Below, piece by piece: positions 27,051 through 32,000 of a stretch of 32,000 nt of DNA. The notes beneath the pieces were generated by a model that was not told the DNA's origin, made no database searches, and saw nothing but the letters and a program-made list of their open reading frames with translations. The number at the start of each line of letters is the position of its first letter. Position 1 is the stretch's first letter. The position numbers and the translations under genes were made by a program. The stretch is from Parasynechococcus marenigrum WH 8102 (GTDB lineage: Bacteria > Cyanobacteriota > Cyanobacteriia > PCC-6307 > Cyanobiaceae): NCBI RefSeq assembly GCF_000195975.1, contig NC_005070.1, positions 1,650,001-1,682,000 on the forward strand. The letters run 5' to 3'.

Positions 27051-28885
27051 TGCGGACAGAAGCGATGTTCATGGGCAGTGATAGCGCCACAGGAGCTGCA
27101 GGTGCGGGTGGTGCCCATCGCCAGCTCCGGATGCGAGGGGAGACCCACCATCTGTGCATTGCTCTTGCCCGGCGGGACCATCGGGTAGCAGTTCTCTCCC
27201 CGCCGCACGTGCACATCAATCATCGTCGGGGTTGGTGATTGCAGGGCTGCAGCGAGGTCGCGGTGCAGCAACTCACGGTCGGTGATCTTGACGCCATCCA
27301 CGCCGAAGGAACGGGCCAGGGCGATGAAATCAGGCATGCCATTGAGCATGTCGGAGGCGGAATAGCGCTCGTCGTAGAAGCTTTCCTGCCACTGACGCAC
27401 CATGCCTTGCCAGTGGTTGTTGACGATCACCACCTTCACCGGCAGGCCATAGGCGGCCAGGGTTCCGAGTTCCTGGATGTTCATCAGGATGCTGGCATCA
27501 CCGGCAATGCACACCACCTGCCGATCCGGCATGGCCACCTGAGCCCCCATGGCAGCCGGCATCCCGAAGCCCATCGTCCCGAGACCAGCGCTACTGATCC
27601 AGCCCCTGGGCCCGTTGCGCAGGTGCTGCGCAGCCCACATCTGATGCTGACCAACGTCCGTGGTGACGATTGCGTCGGGGGCCAGATCCCTCACCGCCAG
27701 CAGTACCTCCTGGGGGTAGATCGCCCCTTCCGCTGGCGGAATCGTGAGGGGATAACGATCCTTCCAGGTGTTGATGCGCTCCAGCCAGGCTGCAGTGCGG
27801 GGTTCCGCCGTGCGTTGCAGGCTGATCTCCACCATCCGCGCCAGGCTCAGGCCGAGATCACCGAGCACGGCAACATCAGCCTTGCGGTTTTTACCGATCT
27901 CCGCCGGATCGATCTCGAAGTGCACCACCCGGGCCCGGGGGGCGAAGGTGTCCAGCTTGCCGGTGACGCGGTCATCAAACCGTGCACCGACGGCGATCAA
28001 CAGGTCGCATTCGGTGACGGCGAAGTTGGCGTAGGCGGTGCCATGCATACCGAGCATGCCCACCGAGAGAGCATCGTTCTCATCAAAGGCACCTTTTCCC
28101 ATCAAGGTGGTGGTGACCGGGAGCTGATAACGCTCGGCCAGCATCCGCAGGCTGTCGTGGGCACAGGCAGAGATCGCCCCGCCACCCACGTACAGCAGCG
28201 GTCGTTGGGCCTGCTCGATCAGATCCAGTGCCGCTGCCACCGCAGCATCGAGCGGAGGTTCGGGCTGATGGAAACCGCCAGGGATGACGGAACCGGGTTC
28301 CACCGGCACGTAGTTGAACTGTTCCTGCCCCACATCCTTGGGGATGTCGATCAGCACGGGGCCGGGGCGACCGCTGGCGGCGATCAGAAACGCCTGGGCC
28401 ACGATCGAACCCAGGTCAGCAGGGTCGCGCACCACCCAGGAATGCTTCACGATCGGCAGGGTGATACCGAAAATATCGGTTTCCTGAAAGGCATCGGTGC
28501 CGATGGCCGGGCGGGGAACCTGTCCGGTGATCACCACCATCGGCACAGAGTCCATCTGGGCTGTGGCGATGCCCGTCACCAGATTGGTGGCGCCTGGACC
28601 TGAGGTGCCGAAGCAGACACCAACCTTGCCGGTGGCCCTGGCGTAAGCATCAGCGGCATGGGTGCCGGCCTGCTCGTGGCGCACCAGGATGTGTTTCACC
28701 CAGCCTTCGCTCTCAGCGATGTGCAGGGCGTCGTAAATCGGCAGGATCGCCCCACCTGGGTAACCGAAGATCGTGTCCACCCCGTGGCGCCGCAGCGCAT
28801 CCATCAACGCCGCAGCGCCGCTGATGGTCTGCGGTGCATTGGCATCCAGTCCACCGACAACCGTTGAGGCGGAAGTAAGGGTCAC
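27032..28885 (-). CDS. ilvB: Acetolactate synthase (AHAS) large subunit with C-terminal CxxC-x10-CxxC tail
   Basis: 617 aa with GAAALMDALRRHGVDTIFGYPGGAILPIYDAL and the ThDP motif GLGTMGFGMPAAMGA...IAGDASILMNIQEL. The last 22 aa are CSSCGAITAHEHRFCPQCGASL. GTG start. Confidence 0.94.
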   Translation of the reverse strand: MTLTSASTVVGGLDANAPQTISGAAALMDALRRHGVDTIFGYPGGAILPIYDALHIAESEGWVKHILVRHEQAGTHAADAYARATGKVGVCFGTSGPGATNLVTGIATAQMDSVPMVVITGQVPRPAIGTDAFQETDIFGITLPIVKHSWVVRDPADLGSIVAQAFLIAASGRPGPVLIDIPKDVGQEQFNYVPVEPGSVIPGGFHQPEPPLDAAVAAALDLIEQAQRPLLYVGGGAISACAHDSLRMLAERYQLPVTTTLMGKGAFDENDALSVGMLGMHGTAYANFAVTECDLLIAVGARFDDRVTGKLDTFAPRARVVHFEIDPAEIGKNRKADVAVLGDLGLSLARMVEISLQRTAEPRTAAWLERINTWKDRYPLTIPPAEGAIYPQEVLLAVRDLAPDAIVTTDVGQHQMWAAQHLRNGPRGWISSAGLGTMGFGMPAAMGAQVAMPDRQVVCIAGDASILMNIQELGTLAAYGLPVKVVIVNNHWQGMVRQWQESFYDERYSASDMLNGMPDFIALARSFGVDGVKITDRELLHRDLAAALQSPTPTMIDVHVRRGENCYPMVPPGKSNAQMVGLPSHPELAMGTTRTCSSCGAITAHEHRFCPQCGASL

Positions 28886-28941
28886 GGCAACTGGTCAGGA
28901 ATGACCCTCAAGGTTAAGGGCCTGCAGCTCCCCTGGCTTAC

Positions 28942-30117
28942 TCAGAGCAAACCGAGGGCGTGCAGCGGGCCATGGCCACTGATCAGCTCCAACAGAAACG
29001 CGGAAAAACCGAGCATGGCCAGGCGTCCGTTCCAGACCTCGGAACTGTTATTCCAACCCCATTCCCACTTTTCCTGGGGGTAGAGCTTCACTTTGGTGGG
29101 CAGTTCTGCCGCTGCGTCGAGGCTCACTTCAGGCCCCTCCAGGCTGGTGGTCACCAGATCCGCCAACCCCTCGATGAAGGGAGGGTAGGTATCAAGGGCA
29201 CGCACCCTGCGGAAATTGACCACACCGGCTTCGGTGGCCAGCTCCCGGTATTCGATGTCGATCTCCTCGAGGGTTTCGATGTGCTCGCTGACAAAGCTGA
29301 TGGGCACCACCACTAGATCGTTGGTCTTGGCCTCCCCCAGTTGCTCGAGCGCCTCCTCGGTGTAGGGCTTCAGCCATTCCACAGGACCCACTCGGCTCTG
29401 ATACGCGAGGGTGTGGGGGTTGGAATGGCCCATGTGTTCCGCCAGGGATTTCATGATCAGATCGGTGCAGGCCTCGATCTGCTGCTGATATGGATCGCCG
29501 GCTTCCTCCACGTAGCTCTTGGGCACGCCATGGGCACTGAAAAAGACATGAGCCTTTTCCGGGTCGTCGCTATTGCGCACCTCTTCGGCGATCAGCTCAG
29601 CCATCGCCTTGATGTAGCCGGGGTGGTCAAACCAACTGCGGATGCAGCGGATCGGAAGCTGTTCGAAGGCTGCATCGCCCTGACGTAGCCGCTGTAGTTC
29701 CCTGAAGCTGGAACCGCTGGTGCTGATGGAGAAGTGGGGATAGAGCGGCAGCACCACCACTTCATCCATGCCATCCGCCTTCATATCAGCCACGGCGGAC
29801 TCCGTGAATGGATGCCAGTACCGCATCGCGACGTAGGTGGTGGCATCTAGTCCACGCTGCCGCAGCAGACTCTGCAGTTCCCGGGCCTGCTGTTCGGTGA
29901 TGCGGCGCAGTGGTGATCCGCCGCCGATGGAGCGATAGGCCTCCTGGGATTTACCGCTGCGAAGGGTGCTGATCAACCAGGCCAGGGGCTTTTGCAGCGC
30001 TGGGCTCGGTAGCCGGATGATCTCCGGATCAGCAAACAGGTTGTAGAGAAACGGTCCGACATCCTGAATGCGTTCGGGTCCCCCCAGATTCAGCAGGACG
30101 ACGCCGACGCGGGACAT
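28942..30117 (-). CDS. hemH: Ferrochelatase with C-terminal CAB/Hlip-like chlorophyll-binding helix
   Basis: 391 aa with [15 protein letters not shown]...YWHPF...SAHGVP. The C-terminal [23 protein letters not shown] is the LHC/Hlip motif typical of cyanobacterial HemH. Confidence 0.96.
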   Translation of the reverse strand: MSRVGVVLLNLGGPERIQDVGPFLYNLFADPEIIRLPSPALQKPLAWLISTLRSGKSQEAYRSIGGGSPLRRITEQQARELQSLLRQRGLDATTYVAMRYWHPFTESAVADMKADGMDEVVVLPLYPHFSISTSGSSFRELQRLRQGDAAFEQLPIRCIRSWFDHPGYIKAMAELIAEEVRNSDDPEKAHVFFSAHGVPKSYVEEAGDPYQQQIEACTDLIMKSLAEHMGHSNPHTLAYQSRVGPVEWLKPYTEEALEQLGEAKTNDLVVVPISFVSEHIETLEEIDIEYRELATEAGVVNFRRVRALDTYPPFIEGLADLVTTSLEGPEVSLDAAAELPTKVKLYPQEKWEWGWNNSSEVWNGRLAMLGFSAFLLELISGHGPLHALGLL

Positions 30118-30189
30118 GCCAACAACCGTGAAATCAGGGGCTTGAGCGTAACCCGCGTCAACGTCATCTTGGGCGCTGAAGCCTCAGCT

Positions 30190-31332
30190 ATGGACCTTCG
30201 CAACAGCCTGAATGCCCTCAACGCGCAGCTGGCTGTCCAGGGGACACGGCTGCGCATCGAGCAACGGGGCCAGAGCCTCAACCTGAGGGGACCGCTGCCG
30301 CTGCGGGAAGAAACGTCCAAAACCAAGGTGCAGCGCATCAGCCTGGGGCTCCGGGCCGATGCCGCTGGCCTGCAGGAGGCCAGGGAGAGCCTGGATCAGG
30401 TTCAACGGCAGCTGGATCGTGAGCGCTTCAACTGGGAGGACTGGCAGAGCAAGCCGCGCGGATCAACCGGAACCGGTGCAGACGCAGCGATCGGCTCCTT
30501 CGAACAAGCCTTTTTCAGCGACCCCCGCCGTCGCCGCGCCGCCGCCGGCAGCCGCACCACCTGGAGTGGGGCCTACCTCCCCTACCTGAGACGCCTGCGC
30601 CACCTCAGCGGTGAAGCCCCACTCAACGCTGCATTGCTACTGCAAACCCTGCGCAGTTACGAGGATGGAAGCCGCAGTCGCCAGCAGTGTTCCACGGCCC
30701 TCGCGGCCCTGGCCCAGCATCTCGGCCTTGCCCTGCCGGAGGACTGGCGACAGGAAGCCGGCGGCTATGGGCTGCACCGGGCACGCTTCCGGCAGCTGCC
30801 GACAGACGCACAGATCCTCGAAGCGGTGCTGCGGATCCCCAACCCCCGATGGCGGCTGGCCTACGGCCTGATGGCCACCTATGGATTGCGCAACCACGAG
30901 GTGTTTTTCTGCGATCTCAGTGCCTTGGCCGAGCACGGTGACCGGGTGATCCGGGTGCTGCCCACCACCAAAACAGGTGAACACCAGGTGTGGCCATTCC
31001 AGCCTGAGTGGGTGGACCGCTTCAGCCTCACCAGCCTGGGGAGCTGTGAGGAGGCACTGCCGCAGATCCAGACCGATCTGCGCCGCACCACCCTGCAGCA
31101 GGTGGGGCGACGGGTGAGTGAACAGTTCCGCCGCTACGCCTTGCCGATCACCCCCTACGACCTGCGCCATGCCTGGGCCGTGCGCACCATCCACATCGGA
31201 CTTCCCGATACCGTTGCCGCCAGGATGATGGGACACTCCGTGGCGATCCACACCCGCACGTATCACCACTGGATCACCCGTCGTGATCAACAGCAGGCGG
31301 TGGATGCAGCCCTGGCACGCCAGCAGGCCTGA
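30190..31332 (+). CDS. Tyrosine recombinase / phage-integrase family protein (intact catalytic motifs)
   Basis: YGLRNHEV (Arg I), YDLRHAWAVR (box II HxxR-type) and MGHSVAIHTRTYHHW (catalytic Tyr). The start is ATG 30190 (the track uses TTG 30142). I found no flanking tRNA, att-like repeats or compositional shift. Confidence 0.85.
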   Translation: MDLRNSLNALNAQLAVQGTRLRIEQRGQSLNLRGPLPLREETSKTKVQRISLGLRADAAGLQEARESLDQVQRQLDRERFNWEDWQSKPRGSTGTGADAAIGSFEQAFFSDPRRRRAAAGSRTTWSGAYLPYLRRLRHLSGEAPLNAALLLQTLRSYEDGSRSRQQCSTALAALAQHLGLALPEDWRQEAGGYGLHRARFRQLPTDAQILEAVLRIPNPRWRLAYGLMATYGLRNHEVFFCDLSALAEHGDRVIRVLPTTKTGEHQVWPFQPEWVDRFSLTSLGSCEEALPQIQTDLRRTTLQQVGRRVSEQFRRYALPITPYDLRHAWAVRTIHIGLPDTVAARMMGHSVAIHTRTYHHWITRRDQQQAVDAALARQQA

Positions 31333-31976
31333 TGAGCTCCTTTCTGCGGCCACTGGCCTACCGGCATCGCTGGATCTACGACCTGGTGACGGCCGTCTCG
31401 TCGTTGAGTGTCGGCGGGGTGGCGCGGTTGCGAGGCTTGGGGTTGGAGGCTTTAGGCCCCCATCTCAACCCGGACGCCGCCGTGCTCGACCTCTGCTGCG
31501 GCAGCGGCGAGGCGGCCGCCCCCTGGCTGGAGGCCGGCTACCGCGTCACAGGGCTCGACATCTCACCGCGTGCCCTTGCCCTCGCGGCGCAACGGCATCC
31601 CGCGATGACCCGGGTGGAAGGATTGGCGGAAGACCCCCCACTGGCGGATGGAAGCTTCGCGGCCATCCAGCTGAGTGTGGCACTGCACGAATTCCCGCGG
31701 AGCGACCGGGAGGCGGTGCTGCGCAGCTGTCTGCGGCTGCTGCAACCCGGTGGCTGGCTGGTGGTGGTGGACCTGCACCCAGCAGGGCCATGGCTGCAGC
31801 TACCGCAGCAGTTGTTCTGTGCCCTGTTTGAAACCGACACCGCCACCGCCATGCTGGAGGACGACCTCCCCGCTCAGCTGAAGCAGCTGGGTTTCTCTGC
31901 GGTGAACCAGGAACTGTTGGCGGGTCAGGCTTTGCAACGCATCACCGCAACCCGTTCCGCAGCCAGCACGTCCTAA
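31332..31976 (+). CDS. Class I SAM-dependent methyltransferase
   Basis: 214 aa with motif I VLDLCCGSGEAA, then GLDISP and LLQPGGWLVVVD. Its ATG overlaps the recombinase stop by 1 nt (TGATG). Confidence 0.85.
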   Translation: MSSFLRPLAYRHRWIYDLVTAVSSLSVGGVARLRGLGLEALGPHLNPDAAVLDLCCGSGEAAAPWLEAGYRVTGLDISPRALALAAQRHPAMTRVEGLAEDPPLADGSFAAIQLSVALHEFPRSDREAVLRSCLRLLQPGGWLVVVDLHPAGPWLQLPQQLFCALFETDTATAMLEDDLPAQLKQLGFSAVNQELLAGQALQRITATRSAASTS

Positions 31977-32000
31977 TGAGCAGCAGCGATCTCGATCAAT

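Noticed and set aside
27239-28603. 454-aa plus-strand ORF
   Set aside because: It is antisense to ilvB and looks like a shadow ORF.
30142-31332. Genomic island or prophage boundary at the integrase
   Set aside because: There is no adjacent tRNA, no att-like direct repeats, no cargo genes and no GC shift within the visible flanks. It is treated as an orphan or domesticated recombinase instead.
30637-31353. 238-aa minus-strand ORF
   Set aside because: It is antisense to the tyrosine recombinase, which carries the catalytic motifs.
31976-32000. New ORF start (ATG 31976, MSSSDLDQ...) overlapping the methyltransferase stop
   Set aside because: Only 8 codons are visible before the window ends, which is not enough to call a gene.

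Overview
GC-rich chromosomal segment that reads as core genome of a marine alpha-cyanobacterium (Synechococcus subcluster 5.1-like). All identifications come from motifs and translations read by eye; no searches were run. I call 38 tightly packed protein genes. I saw no rRNA, tRNA, CRISPR array or transposon. Left to right: (1) the alpha-carboxysome / form IA RuBisCO operon on the minus strand (csoS1-rbcL-rbcS-csoS2). csoS2 runs off the left edge and is missing from the ORF track. (2) rdgB, the tandem-BMC shell gene csoS1D, and a small HTH-like gene. (3) Dark protochlorophyllide reductase chlN-chlB and chlL, then light-dependent por. (4) A 34-codon psaM absent from the ORF track. (5) A TauE-like permease, a lipoate-ligase-like gene, an M50 protease and trpF. 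(6) A minus-strand run of creatininase-family gene / ado / aar-accA-SDR-folE (alkane biosynthesis context). (7) An S1 paralogue translationally coupled to a Tab2-like gene, then pgeF. (8) A minus-strand run of ilvB / secreted SNase-like / 2-TM peptide / periplasmic-binding-like protein / COG2509 FAD protein. (9) hemH with a CAB tail. (10) A tyrosine recombinase coupled to a SAM methyltransferase. I do not see a defence island or an obviously new multi-gene machine; this is mostly ordinary, well-known photosynthetic core genome. The observations most worth a second look are these. A perfect palindrome (TGTGATCACA) is shared by the two carboxysome promoter spacers, next to an uncharacterised HTH-like gene. 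A LysR-type T-N11-A palindrome lies upstream of csoS1. A terminator-like hairpin sits inside the cso operon. An uncharacterised secreted/membrane gene trio is packed behind ilvB. IlvB carries a C-terminal zinc-ribbon tail. Uncharacterised genes flank the alkane pathway. All six convergent gene junctions have 3 nt or less of spacer.
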